The notes below the pieces were generated by a model. It ran no database searches. It saw only the letters and a list, made by a program, of their open reading frames with translations, and was not told the DNA's origin. Shown here in pieces: positions 44,373-53,035 of a DNA stretch of 64,000 nucleotides (the stretch's first letter is position 1; each line of letters starts with the position of its first letter). Both the position numbers and the translations under genes were made by a program. Origin of the DNA: an uncultured Candidatus Saccharibacteria bacterium (lineage in GTDB: Bacteria > Patescibacteriota > Minisyncoccia > Phycocordibacterales > JACOZG01); NCBI GenBank assembly GCA_965230925.1, contig OZ246403.1, forward strand, positions 530,230-594,229, written 5' to 3'.

Positions 44373-46132
44373 TGCCAATCAGAAATTTTTCGATTATTGC
44401 CCATATTGACCACGGCAAGTCAACGCTTGCTGACCGACTGCTAGAGGCGACCGGCGCTATTGAGAAGCGGCGGATGCGCGAGCAGTTTCTTGACATGATG
44501 GAACTCGAGCGCGAGCGCGGCATCACGATTAAGATGCAGCCGGTGCGCTTGAGTTATCAAGGTCATATTTTAAATCTCATCGACACGCCCGGCCACATCG
44601 ATTTTTCTTATGAAGTCTCGCGCGCTCTCGCGGCCGTGGAAGGAACTCTACTTTTAGTAGACGCCACGCGCGGTGTGCAGGCGCAAACCCTTTCCGTTCT
44701 CGCCATGGCCCAAGAGCTCAACCTCGTTATCATTCCGGTGATTAACAAAATTGATTTACCGGTAGCGCGGGTCGAGGAGACCAAGCAGGAAATTATTCAC
44801 TTACTTCACTGTAAGCCAGAAGACATTATTTTAGTCTCAGCAAAAACAGGGGAAGGCCTTGAAGACTTGCTTAAAGCGATTGTGGCCAAGGTTCCGGCGC
44901 CAAAAGCTGAAGTGAGTGCCGCTAGTCTTCAGGGTCTCGTTTTCGATTTTGAATATTCGCCGCATCGAGGTGTTATTGTTTATACGCGACTTTTCCAAGG
45001 GGAAATTAAACCTGGCGATGAATTAATGTTTGCCACTTCTCGCCGACGTTTTAAGGTCATTGAAGTGGGTGTGTTTCGACCGGAAAAAGTAGCTACGGAA
45101 GCATTGCGCCCGGGTGAAATTGGTTATGTGGTGACCGGGATTAAGGAGACCGGCCAAGCCAAAGTGGGTGATACCTTAGTTTCTGCTCGCGCTCCAGCAC
45201 CAGCGCTTCCCGGTTACGGTGAGGCAAGGCCAGTAGTCTGGGCGTCATTGTATCCGGAAAATCAAGATGATTTCGTAAGTTTGCGTCAGGCGCTCGGCGC
45301 GCTTCAGCTTTCTGATTCTTCCTTTTCTTTTGAAGAAGAGTCGTCTGGCGCTCTCGGCCGTGGTTTCCGAGTTGGTTTTCTGGGGATGCTTCACTTAGAG
45401 ATTATTACCGAGCGCCTGCGGCGAGAATTTAAATTACAGCTTGTTGTGACTTTGCCCTCCATTAGTTATGAGGTAAGTGGTAAACTCATTTATTCTCCAC
45501 ACCTTTTTCCCGATGATCCGAAGAGTGAAGTAATTCAAGAAACCTGGGTGAGCGCCAAAATTATTACACCACCAGATTATTTAGGAGAAATTATTAAACT
45601 TCTCAATGAGCACGAGGGTCACATTGCTGAGACCGAGAGCTGGAGCGAGACTAGAACGGTGGTCCGTGCCGAGATGCCCTTGCGGGAACTCATGCGGCAA
45701 TTCTTTGATGAATTGAAAAGCGCGACTTCAGGCTTTGCCTCGCTTACTTATGAGCCGATTGCTTGGCGACCGGCTGATGTGGTGCGACTCGATATCTTGG
45801 TGGCAGAAGAGTTGGTGCCGGCTTTTTCGCGCGTGGTGGCCAGGGCGCGACTTCAGGTAGAAGCTGAGGCTTTGGTAGAGAAATTGGCCGACCTTTTACC
45901 CCGCCAACTTTTCGTCTTGAAGATTCAAGCTAAGGCTCTCGGGCGAATTCTCTCGTCACGCTCCTTGAGCGCGCTTAAGAAAGATGTGACCGGCTATCTC
46001 TACGGTGGTGATATTACCCGCAAGCGCAAACTCTGGGAGAAGCAAAAGCGCGGTAAGAAAAAACTCCTCGAGCGAGGGAAAGTAGACATCCCACAAGATG
46101 TGTTTCTGGCGATGCTTAACTCAAGAAAATAG
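44372..46132 (+). CDS. lepA: Translation elongation factor 4 LepA
   Basis: IRNFSIIAHIDHGKSTLADR, GFLGMLH, YGGDITRKRKLWEKQK. Confidence 0.98.
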   Translation: MPIRNFSIIAHIDHGKSTLADRLLEATGAIEKRRMREQFLDMMELERERGITIKMQPVRLSYQGHILNLIDTPGHIDFSYEVSRALAAVEGTLLLVDATRGVQAQTLSVLAMAQELNLVIIPVINKIDLPVARVEETKQEIIHLLHCKPEDIILVSAKTGEGLEDLLKAIVAKVPAPKAEVSAASLQGLVFDFEYSPHRGVIVYTRLFQGEIKPGDELMFATSRRRFKVIEVGVFRPEKVATEALRPGEIGYVVTGIKETGQAKVGDTLVSARAPAPALPGYGEARPVVWASLYPENQDDFVSLRQALGALQLSDSSFSFEEESSGALGRGFRVGFLGMLHLEIITERLRREFKLQLVVTLPSISYEVSGKLIYSPHLFPDDPKSEVIQETWVSAKIITPPDYLGEIIKLLNEHEGHIAETESWSETRTVVRAEMPLRELMRQFFDELKSATSGFASLTYEPIAWRPADVVRLDILVAEELVPAFSRVVARARLQVEAEALVEKLADLLPRQLFVLKIQAKALGRILSSRSLSALKKDVTGYLYGGDITRKRKLWEKQKRGKKKLLERGKVDIPQDVFLAMLNSRK

Positions 46133-46231
46133 GGCTGGGATATAGAGCAAAATCATTCCGGCGATCACGATAATACTGACAATGGTCCAGAAGATTTGAA
46201 GCTTCTTTTTGTGACTTTTTTGGAGTAACAT
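46121..46231 (-). CDS. 36-aa single-TM small protein (below the ORF-track cutoff)
   Basis: MLLQKSHKKKLQIFWTIVSIIVIAGMILLYIPALFS*; basic N-terminus + TM; TACAAT 7 nt upstream of ATG. Confidence 0.65.
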   Translation of the reverse strand: MLLQKSHKKKLQIFWTIVSIIVIAGMILLYIPALFS

Positions 46232-46249
46232 GAGGAGTATTGTAAAGCA

Positions 46250-46654
46250 ATGATTAATCACTTTCAAGGGTCGAAGAAGAAGCGCTCCTGGTTTTTCTCG
46301 CCAGTGGTTTTTGTCCTCTTGTTGCTTCTCATGGTTGTTCTGTTAAAATCGGTTTGGGCGCTCTATGGCAAGAGCCAGTTGGTTGGTACCGAGCGTGGTC
46401 GAGCTTATGAAGAATGGCATGAGCTCGATCTGCGCCGGCAAGGACTTGAGGCGAAGGTGGCGAGCCTCCAGACTGATCGAGGAATTGAGGCTGAGCTTAG
46501 GGAAAAGTTCGCGATTGTGAAGCCGGGAGAGAAGGTGGTGAGCATTGTGGAAGATGAGGCGGCGCTGGAGGTGACACCCCAAACTCCCACCTGGTGGGAG
46601 AAGTTCAAAGGCGGGATTAGTTTAGTGGTAGGACGATTGCTTCCCAAGCAATAG
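46250..46654 (+). CDS. Septum formation initiator (FtsB/DivIC family)
   Basis: TM + coiled coil + GIEAELREKF..VKPGEKVV motif; 3' end overlaps tRNA-Gly. Confidence 0.8.
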   Translation: MINHFQGSKKKRSWFFSPVVFVLLLLLMVVLLKSVWALYGKSQLVGTERGRAYEEWHELDLRRQGLEAKVASLQTDRGIEAELREKFAIVKPGEKVVSIVEDEAALEVTPQTPTWWEKFKGGISLVVGRLLPKQ

Positions 46655-46681
46655 GCGCGGGTTCGATTCCCGCATCCCGCA
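46611..46681 (+). tRNA. tRNA-Gly (CCC)
   Basis: GCGGGAT/ATCCCGC acceptor; ATTGC-TTCCCAA-GCAAT anticodon arm; GGTTCGATTCC. Confidence 0.92.
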
Positions 46682-46684
46682 CCC

Positions 46685-46972
46685 ATGTCAGAAACATTTA
46701 AACGTGTGCAAGAAGACTTTGTTTGCGAACACTGTGGGGTGGAAGTGCGGGGGAATGGGTATACCAATCATTGCCCCGAGTGTCTCTGGAGCAAGCATGT
46801 GGACATTAATCCAGGTGATCGCGCCGAGGGTTGTAATGGGCTCATGAAGCCAGTTAATTTAGAGCAGAAGGCGGGGGAATTTGTGATCACTCACGCCTGC
46901 GAAGGTTGTGGTAAAACGCGGCCCAATAGAGCGGCGCCGGGAGACAACCTTGCTTCGCTTCTCTCCGCTTGA
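46685..46972 (+). CDS. RNHCP-domain zinc-ribbon protein
   Basis: F.CEHCG..YTNHCPECLWSKHVD.NPGDR..C.GLM.P..CEGCG. Confidence 0.9.
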   Translation: MSETFKRVQEDFVCEHCGVEVRGNGYTNHCPECLWSKHVDINPGDRAEGCNGLMKPVNLEQKAGEFVITHACEGCGKTRPNRAAPGDNLASLLSA

Positions 46973-46987
46973 TAGAATTCTGGCACT

Positions 46988-47233
46988 ATGAAAAAGGTGG
47001 TAATTTATACAACCCCAACGTGTACCTATTGCCGGATGGCAAAGCAGCTCTTCCAAGAGCACAATGTTCAGTATGAGGAATACAATGTGGCAACTGATCT
47101 AAAACGTCGGGAAGAAATGGTAAACAAGAGTAGTCAGATGGGTGTGCCGGTGATTACAATTGCCGACGATGGCCGAGAAGAAGTGATTGTGGGGTTCGAC
47201 GAGAGGCGACTCCGCAAATTGCTTGGGGTATAA
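46988..47233 (+). CDS. Glutaredoxin-like protein (NrdH/YruB type)
   Basis: IYTTPTCTYC, QMGVPVI, VGFD. Confidence 0.92.
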   Translation: MKKVVIYTTPTCTYCRMAKQLFQEHNVQYEEYNVATDLKRREEMVNKSSQMGVPVITIADDGREEVIVGFDERRLRKLLGV

Positions 47234-47240
47234 ATTTCTC

Positions 47241-47312
47241 GTCCCTATAGTTCAATGGATAGAACAACCCCGTCCTAAGGGGTAAATGTGGGTTCGATTC
47301 CTGCTGGGGACA
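47241..47312 (+). tRNA. tRNA-Arg (CCT)
   Basis: ACCCC-GTCCTAA-GGGGT anticodon arm; GGTTCGATTCC; acceptor GTCCCTA/TGGGGAC. Confidence 0.9.
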
Positions 47313-47331
47313 TTCGTGTTATACTTTAGCC

Positions 47332-47610
47332 GTGGCATACGGTGATGATCATCAGAGTTTCCGCGAGCTCACAGAGCTAGCGCGCGAGAATAATAAGATT
47401 CTCCGCGGTTTGAGGCGCACGGCGCGTTGGCATGGATTTTTCTCTTTTATTAAGTGGGTAGTTATTCTTGTTTCGATTGCTGCCTCCTACTACTATTTGC
47501 AGCCCCAAATTGACAACCTGCGTGATCTCAAGGGTTCTATTCCCTCGCTTGACGAGGCGATCGAAAACCTGAAGAATCTATCTGATCAATTGCCAAATGC
47601 GGGTAATTGA
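47332..47610 (+). CDS. Small membrane protein, hypothetical
   Basis: GTG start 6 nt after TGtTATACT; ENNKILR..R..RW + TM + YYYLQP. Confidence 0.75.
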   Translation: MAYGDDHQSFRELTELARENNKILRGLRRTARWHGFFSFIKWVVILVSIAASYYYLQPQIDNLRDLKGSIPSLDEAIENLKNLSDQLPNAGN

Positions 47611-47613
47611 CTT

Positions 47614-47689
47614 GCCGAGGTAGCTCAGTTGGTAGAGCGTCCGCCTGAAGAGCGGTAGGTCGCCGGTTCAAGCCCGGCCCTCGGCACCA
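47614..47689 (+). tRNA. tRNA-Phe (GAA), CCA encoded
   Basis: GCCGAGG/CCTCGGC acceptor; loop CTGAAGA; GGTTCAAGCCC; ACCA end. Confidence 0.93.
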
Positions 47690-47756
47690 CAGTTGTTTTT
47701 TATCTCGGTTTGTTGTATAAATAAAAGCGGATCTTCTTCTTTCTTTGGAGACTTGT

Positions 47757-47972
47757 ATGTTGAAAAGAGTAGTTAGAGATTCCACTGGTGATGAGCGTGA
47801 GGTTGAAGGTGTGCCGGTTGTTTTTGTTGAGCGCCAGACGCGGAGTAAAAAAGTAACCAAGTCGTTGGTGAAAAGTACCGAACCGCAACAGTCAAAAGAA
47901 ACTCCCACACAAGACCAACTGTTTCTCGACACCACCTGGATCGTTCCTCCTGGCCATAGTTGGGCCGACTAA
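47757..47972 (+). CDS. Hypothetical protein
   Basis: GGAG upstream of ATG; ORF ends before a bidirectional terminator; no recognisable motif. Confidence 0.4.
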   Translation: MLKRVVRDSTGDEREVEGVPVVFVERQTRSKKVTKSLVKSTEPQQSKETPTQDQLFLDTTWIVPPGHSWAD

Positions 47973-47990
47973 CTCGCAAATCAGGTAACC

Positions 47991-48020
47991 AAAAAAGCGC
48001 GCCCCGGAGGAGCGCGCTTT
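47991..48020. terminator. Bidirectional terminator
   Basis: AAAAAAGCGCGC-CCCGGAGGA-GCGCGCTTT. Confidence 0.7.
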
Positions 48021-48027
48021 CCCATCT

Positions 48028-48501
48028 CTAGAGTGTTTTTATTTTCAACCGCTTCGTTTTTTCTTTATCAATCTTGGGCAAGGTAATGGTGAGCAAGCCA
48101 TGACTCTCAGTTGCTTCAGCGTCTTCGGCTTCCACTTCGGCCGGCAGGAGAATAGTACGAGAGAATGAACCCCAATAGAGTTCTTGTTGGAAGTAATCGT
48201 CGTTGTGGACACTCATTTCTTCTTCCCGCTTACCTTTAATCGTCACCATTTCGCGGGTGATCGTGACATTAATATCCTCAAGTCGTACCCCGGCCACCAT
48301 CGTCTTAATCACAATCGAGTTCGGGGTTTGATACACGTCAACAGCGAGCTCTCCTTCTTCGGCCGATTCCTTCATCCAGCCACTTTTAGGATCCTCTTCT
48401 TCAGCGTTGAGGGATGGTTCAGGAGTTTCTGCAGGCGCGTCATTATTTAAACTAATGCTGCCAGTTAGTCGCTCGAAGAATGATTTTCTATTTTTGAACA
48501 T
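48028..48501 (-). CDS. Small heat shock protein Hsp20
   Basis: LAVDVYQT, TIKGKR, ELYWGSFSRTILLP, GLLTITLPK. Confidence 0.94.
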   Translation of the reverse strand: MFKNRKSFFERLTGSISLNNDAPAETPEPSLNAEEEDPKSGWMKESAEEGELAVDVYQTPNSIVIKTMVAGVRLEDINVTITREMVTIKGKREEEMSVHNDDYFQQELYWGSFSRTILLPAEVEAEDAEATESHGLLTITLPKIDKEKTKRLKIKTL

Positions 48502-49237
48502 TATAAATTAGATTTGGTCGCACCGTGGCCTTCACTTGTTCAAACACCATAATAATGAAAACAGTGAAGAGCCACAGAAGGGCAAAGACTTGCACCAATT
48601 CTCCCACATCAATCGAGCCAGTGAATGGATCTTTCCGTAGGTTAATTATAAAAAGATTAAACATTGCATGCAACATCACGGCTGTGATTAAGCCTAAAAT
48701 GGAGTAACACCAACGCTTGATTTGTGACTTCTTGTAGAAGGCGAGAGCAATGAGGCCACCGAGGATGGCGGAGGAAACCACGTGGAGTAAGGTGGCGCCA
48801 AGGAAGCGGAGATTGCCGGTGAGGAGAAAGTCGACCCCGCTACGATCGAAGAGGTAAAGCGTATTTTCTACCGCCGCGAAGCCGAGTGCCGCAGTGATAA
48901 GATAAATCATTGCATCGGTCGGTTCGTCGAAGTTCTTGGTCCGGAAGGCGAGGAAGTAGGCCGCTCCCCACTTTAGCAACTCCTCAATCACCGCCCACAA
49001 GAGCCAAATTAGTTTCTGGTTCTGAATACTGTCGATGAAGTGGAGATCAGACACGGCGCGCTCCATCCAGAGGGCAATACCGACAGTAATGCCCCCAGCA
49101 ATGAAGACGCGGACAATCATTCCGTTTGGTTCCGGACGTAATTTGTCTTCCTTGAGCCAGAACCAGAGCCAGACTAGAGTAGGGAGGGCGCCACCAAGAA
49201 TAGGGTAAAGATAGTTTACGACTTGGTCGATTGCCAT
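48488..49237 (-). CDS. prsW: PrsW-family intramembrane metalloprotease
   Basis: D..RPEP, IEELLK, ALGFAAVEN, LLH, LHAMFN. Confidence 0.9.
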   Translation of the reverse strand: MAIDQVVNYLYPILGGALPTLVWLWFWLKEDKLRPEPNGMIVRVFIAGGITVGIALWMERAVSDLHFIDSIQNQKLIWLLWAVIEELLKWGAAYFLAFRTKNFDEPTDAMIYLITAALGFAAVENTLYLFDRSGVDFLLTGNLRFLGATLLHVVSSAILGGLIALAFYKKSQIKRWCYSILGLITAVMLHAMFNLFIINLRKDPFTGSIDVGELVQVFALLWLFTVFIIMVFEQVKATVRPNLIYNVQK

Positions 49238-51312
49238 ATTTCTTCGGTGATGAATGGCATAAATGGAGAAAGCAAAGTTAAGCTCTTTGCTAAAATTTGC
49301 TCCAAAACTTTTACTCCAGATTTTTTATCTGGGCGTCCTTTCACCTCCTCAATAATTATATCAGCGAAGCGATGCCAGAAGTAGTGGTATAACTTCTCGG
49401 CGGCCAAGTAGAAGCGATATTTTTCCATATCAACCTTAACTTCTTTTTCGAGTTCAGTAAGTTCTTCGAGGTGTTGCTTGTCAGTTTCAGAAAATTCGGC
49501 ATCGGTCGGATCACCAACCTCATCTTTTTGGGTTAGCACAAATCTCGTGGCATTCCAGATTTTATTGGCAAAGTGTTTATACGCCTTAATCTTGTCTTCC
49601 GAAATGCGACTATCATTACCGGGACTCGTACCAATAATGAGCGACATCCGGACAGCGTCCGCGCCATATTTCGCAATCATTTCTAGTGGGTCAATGATGT
49701 TCCCGAGCGACTTACTCATCTTTTTGCCACCCTCGTCGCGCACCAGGCCGTGCATATACACTTCCTTAAACGGCACCTCGCCGAGCAAGTATTGACTCAT
49801 CAAGATCATTCGTGCGACCCAGAAGAAGATAATGTCGTAACCCGTCTCCATCATCGAGAGCGGGTGATAGCGCTTAAATTCTGGTGTTTCTGCGGGCCAG
49901 CCAAGCGTAGAGAATGACCACAAACCGCTTGAGAACCAAGTGTCTAGTGTATCCGGATCTTGCTCCCAGCCTTCGCCAGTTGGGGCTTCAACATCAACGT
50001 AAATCTCATCGCCCGAACCGCTTGTCGCGCTTCGGTACCAAACAGGAATCTGGTGGCCATACCAGATTTGCCGCGAGATGCACCAGTCGCGTAAGTTATC
50101 AATCCATTGGAAATAAATCTTCGCAAATCTTTCTGGAACAATTTTAATTTGCCCGTTAACGACCGGCTCGCGCATTAATTCTTTCAGTGTTTTCCCACCG
50201 CGCGCCGCGATCGGCTTATTCACATCCACGAACCACTGCTTCAAGATTTGCGGCTCAATAATTTCACCCCCGCGGCTATTGGTCGGCACAGCGTGAATGT
50301 AATTCTCATCAATTTTTTCTACCAAGCCTTTGGCTTGTAACTTCTCGACAATCATCGGCCGTGCTTTCTTAATATGCAAGCCAGAGAATTCTCCCGCAAT
50401 CGGCAGCAGTTTACCTTTCAGATCAATCACCTGTTCTTTCTCCAGCTTATGCCGCTCGGCGATCTCCCAGTCGGTGGCATCGTGCGCGGGCGTAATCGTC
50501 ATCACGCCGGTGCCGAAGGTCCTGTCGATCGCCTCGTCCTTAATCACGGTCGCGGTAATCGGACCGTTAATCCACTCGAGTTCCAACTTCTGCCCATGCG
50601 CCCAGTCTTTATACCGCTCGTCGGCCGGATGCATCACCACGTACTTATCGCCAAACTTGGTCTCTGGTCGCGCCGTGCCAATAGTGAAGGGGCCGTATTT
50701 TAGATAATAAAATTTCTCGGTTACTTCCTTGGTCTCAATCTCGTCGTCCGACACCGTGGTTTGCATTTTCGGATCCCAATTCACCAGCCGCTCGCCGCGA
50801 TAAATGAGACCATCGTCGTACATACGTTTAAACGCCGTGCGCACGGCAAGACTGCGCGGTTCATCGAGGGTGAAGGCCTCGCGCGACCAATCAAGCGAAG
50901 CGCCGAGCTTCTTAATCTGATTCACAATCGTGTCGTGACTCGCGGTGGCAAAGTCGCGCACCCGGCGCAAGAATTCTTCCCGCCCCAAATCGTGGCGCGT
51001 CTTGCCTTCTTTCTTATAAATTTCACTCTCCACCTTCGCTTGCGTGGCAATCGCGGCGTGATCCGTGCCCGGGATCCAGAGTACGTCCTTACCCAAGAGG
51101 CGAGCGTAGCGAGCCATAATGTCTTCAATCGTCACCATGGCGGCATGACCCATGTGTAAAACGCCGGTCACATTCGGCGGCGGCAGAACCATCGAAAAAG
51201 GCTCCTTTCCAGAATCCGGTTGAGGCGTAAAGTCACCTCGTTCTAACCACAATTTATATATCCGTTCCTCCGTCTCGGCCGGATTATAAGGCTTCAGAAA
51301 TTTTGGATCCAT
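49216..51312 (-). CDS. valS: Valine--tRNA ligase (no C-terminal coiled-coil arm)
   Basis: PPPNVTGVLHMGHA, GTDHAAIATQ, DWCISRQIWYGH, LDTWFSS, KMSKS. Confidence 0.97.
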   Translation of the reverse strand: MDPKFLKPYNPAETEERIYKLWLERGDFTPQPDSGKEPFSMVLPPPNVTGVLHMGHAAMVTIEDIMARYARLLGKDVLWIPGTDHAAIATQAKVESEIYKKEGKTRHDLGREEFLRRVRDFATASHDTIVNQIKKLGASLDWSREAFTLDEPRSLAVRTAFKRMYDDGLIYRGERLVNWDPKMQTTVSDDEIETKEVTEKFYYLKYGPFTIGTARPETKFGDKYVVMHPADERYKDWAHGQKLELEWINGPITATVIKDEAIDRTFGTGVMTITPAHDATDWEIAERHKLEKEQVIDLKGKLLPIAGEFSGLHIKKARPMIVEKLQAKGLVEKIDENYIHAVPTNSRGGEIIEPQILKQWFVDVNKPIAARGGKTLKELMREPVVNGQIKIVPERFAKIYFQWIDNLRDWCISRQIWYGHQIPVWYRSATSGSGDEIYVDVEAPTGEGWEQDPDTLDTWFSSGLWSFSTLGWPAETPEFKRYHPLSMMETGYDIIFFWVARMILMSQYLLGEVPFKEVYMHGLVRDEGGKKMSKSLGNIIDPLEMIAKYGADAVRMSLIIGTSPGNDSRISEDKIKAYKHFANKIWNATRFVLTQKDEVGDPTDAEFSETDKQHLEELTELEKEVKVDMEKYRFYLAAEKLYHYFWHRFADIIIEEVKGRPDKKSGVKVLEQILAKSLTLLSPFMPFITEEIWQSTKS

Positions 51313-51337
51313 TGGGCTTATCCTATCAAAAAACGGC

Positions 51338-52591
51338 TTATTTTAAAACCAAATTACCGTTGGCGGAGAAATTTTTTTTGGTAACTTTTTTCTTTTGAAC
51401 AAGGCGAAGGTAAGCAGCTGCGCCGATCATGGTGGCATTGTCGGTGGTGAGGGGTTGGTCGGGGACCAAAAGAGTAAGCCTTTGGCGTGTTAACTTTTGA
51501 GAAGAATTTTTATTAAACTCGGTAACGTGATTTTCAAAATGTTTGCGGAGCGCAGTATTCGCAATCACGCCGCCGCCGATGAGGAGGGTGCGGGGTTTAA
51601 ATTTCTCCACGGCGCGGAAGGTTTTGGTGGCCAGGACCTCAATCACCGCTTCTTGGAATTCGTGGGCAATAGCGGCCTTGGTCTTTTCATCAAGTGTTCC
51701 TAACTTTTGAGTCAAATAAAGTACCGCAGTTTTTAAACCAGAAAAAGAAAAGTCGAAGTCAGGCGAGTTGAGCATCGGCCGCGGTAAGGTCACAGAAATC
51801 GCTCCACTTGCGCCTTCGGACGCCGTCTGGGTCGGCGTGGCCAGTTGCGGCTCCAAGCGAGTCGCTGTTGCTGCTAACTTCGAGAGCGCGGGGCCGCCGG
51901 GGTACGGGAGACCGAGAATGCGCGCTACCTTGTCGAAGGCTTCTCCCACCGCATCATCGCGCGTTTGGCCAATCACTTTATACTTGCCCCAATTTTTCAT
52001 GAGCACAATCTCGGTATGACCGCCCGAGACGAGGAGAGCAAGAGCGGGGAACACGAGCTTCGTTAGCTTGTTAGCTGCAGTAGCTTGAACGAGAGGGGAA
52101 ACCACATGCCCTTCCATGTGATTAATCGGGATCACCGGCAAATTCCACACCGCGCCGAGCGCCTTGGCGAAGTTGATCCCAACCCACAGCGCCGGCTCCA
52201 GCCCCGGGCCTTGGGTCACAGCGATTGCGTCTATCTTTGGAATTTTAATTTTCGGAATTTCGGCGATGAAAACTTCTCGCAATTCACGTTCGCGCTCGAG
52301 AATTTTTACTACTTTCTTCGCCATGCCGAATCCGCCGTTTTGGCGGAGAAGGTGGGTCGGTTTATTAAGTTTTGCTTGCTCAAGTGCCCGAACCAAGAGG
52401 GGAACCAAGTTGCGTTGATGTTCCCTCTTGGCCAAGTTGGGCACCACGCCGCCAAACGGCGCATGAATTGCCGTTTGCGAGCTCACCAAGTGGGCAAGCA
52501 CTTTAAAAATTGGCTTCTTCAAGCCTCCCTTTCCGTCCACCACGCTAATCGCTGTCTCATCGCAACTTGTCTCGATGGCTAAGATTCGCAT
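51338..52591 (-). CDS. tsaD: tRNA N6-threonylcarbamoyltransferase TsaD
   Basis: ILAIETSCDET, GGVVP.LA.REH, NHMEGH, VSGGHT, DDAVGEAFDK, FSFSGLKT, TDNATMI. Confidence 0.96.
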   Translation of the reverse strand: MRILAIETSCDETAISVVDGKGGLKKPIFKVLAHLVSSQTAIHAPFGGVVPNLAKREHQRNLVPLLVRALEQAKLNKPTHLLRQNGGFGMAKKVVKILERERELREVFIAEIPKIKIPKIDAIAVTQGPGLEPALWVGINFAKALGAVWNLPVIPINHMEGHVVSPLVQATAANKLTKLVFPALALLVSGGHTEIVLMKNWGKYKVIGQTRDDAVGEAFDKVARILGLPYPGGPALSKLAATATRLEPQLATPTQTASEGASGAISVTLPRPMLNSPDFDFSFSGLKTAVLYLTQKLGTLDEKTKAAIAHEFQEAVIEVLATKTFRAVEKFKPRTLLIGGGVIANTALRKHFENHVTEFNKNSSQKLTRQRLTLLVPDQPLTTDNATMIGAAAYLRLVQKKKVTKKNFSANGNLVLK

Positions 52592-52888
52592 TTACGCCGC
52601 CTTTCTCGAAGTTCTCTTTAATCTGTCTAATTCTCGCTCGTTTGATTGATGTCTTTGGCCAATCTGCATCTTTTTTTGTTCTAACTCTCGAAGTTCAGCC
52701 TCTTCCTTTTCCAGTTCTAGTTTTATTTTCGCTGCCTCCTGTTCTTTTGCCGTTAATTTGGTTTTAACCTTTTGGACTTCTTGATTCTCTGCTTTGATCT
52801 CTCTGTCTAGTTCTCCTAGCTCGCGTTTTTCTTCTTCTACTTTTTTCTCGAAATCTTGCAAGGCTTCTGCAGAATCATTATTGTGCAT
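52592..52888 (-). CDS. Coiled-coil hypothetical protein
   Basis: E/K/Q-rich heptad pattern; stop abuts tsaD start. Confidence 0.7.
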   Translation of the reverse strand: MHNNDSAEALQDFEKKVEEEKRELGELDREIKAENQEVQKVKTKLTAKEQEAAKIKLELEKEEAELRELEQKKMQIGQRHQSNERELDRLKRTSRKAA

Positions 52889-52917
52889 GTTTAATTTGTT
52901 GTTTGATAAAGGCTTTC

Positions 52918-52992
52918 TGGTGACCCTACCGGGAATCGAACCCGGATTAACGGCTTGAAAAGCCGGCGTCCTAACCGTTAGACGATAGGGCC
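52918..52992 (-). tRNA. tRNA-Glu (TTC), CCA encoded
   Basis: Reverse complement GGCCCTATCGTCTAACGGTTAGGAC..TTTTCAA..GGTTCGATTCCC..ACCA. Confidence 0.93.
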
Positions 52993-53035
52993 GAATGGTG
53001 GGCCCGCCTACGACTGAGTCGCGCGCTGCCCATTG

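Noticed and set aside
52996-53010. TGGTGGGCCC next to tRNA-Glu as a relic tRNA 3' end or att site
   Set aside because: No T-arm or matching partner repeat in the window; too short to support
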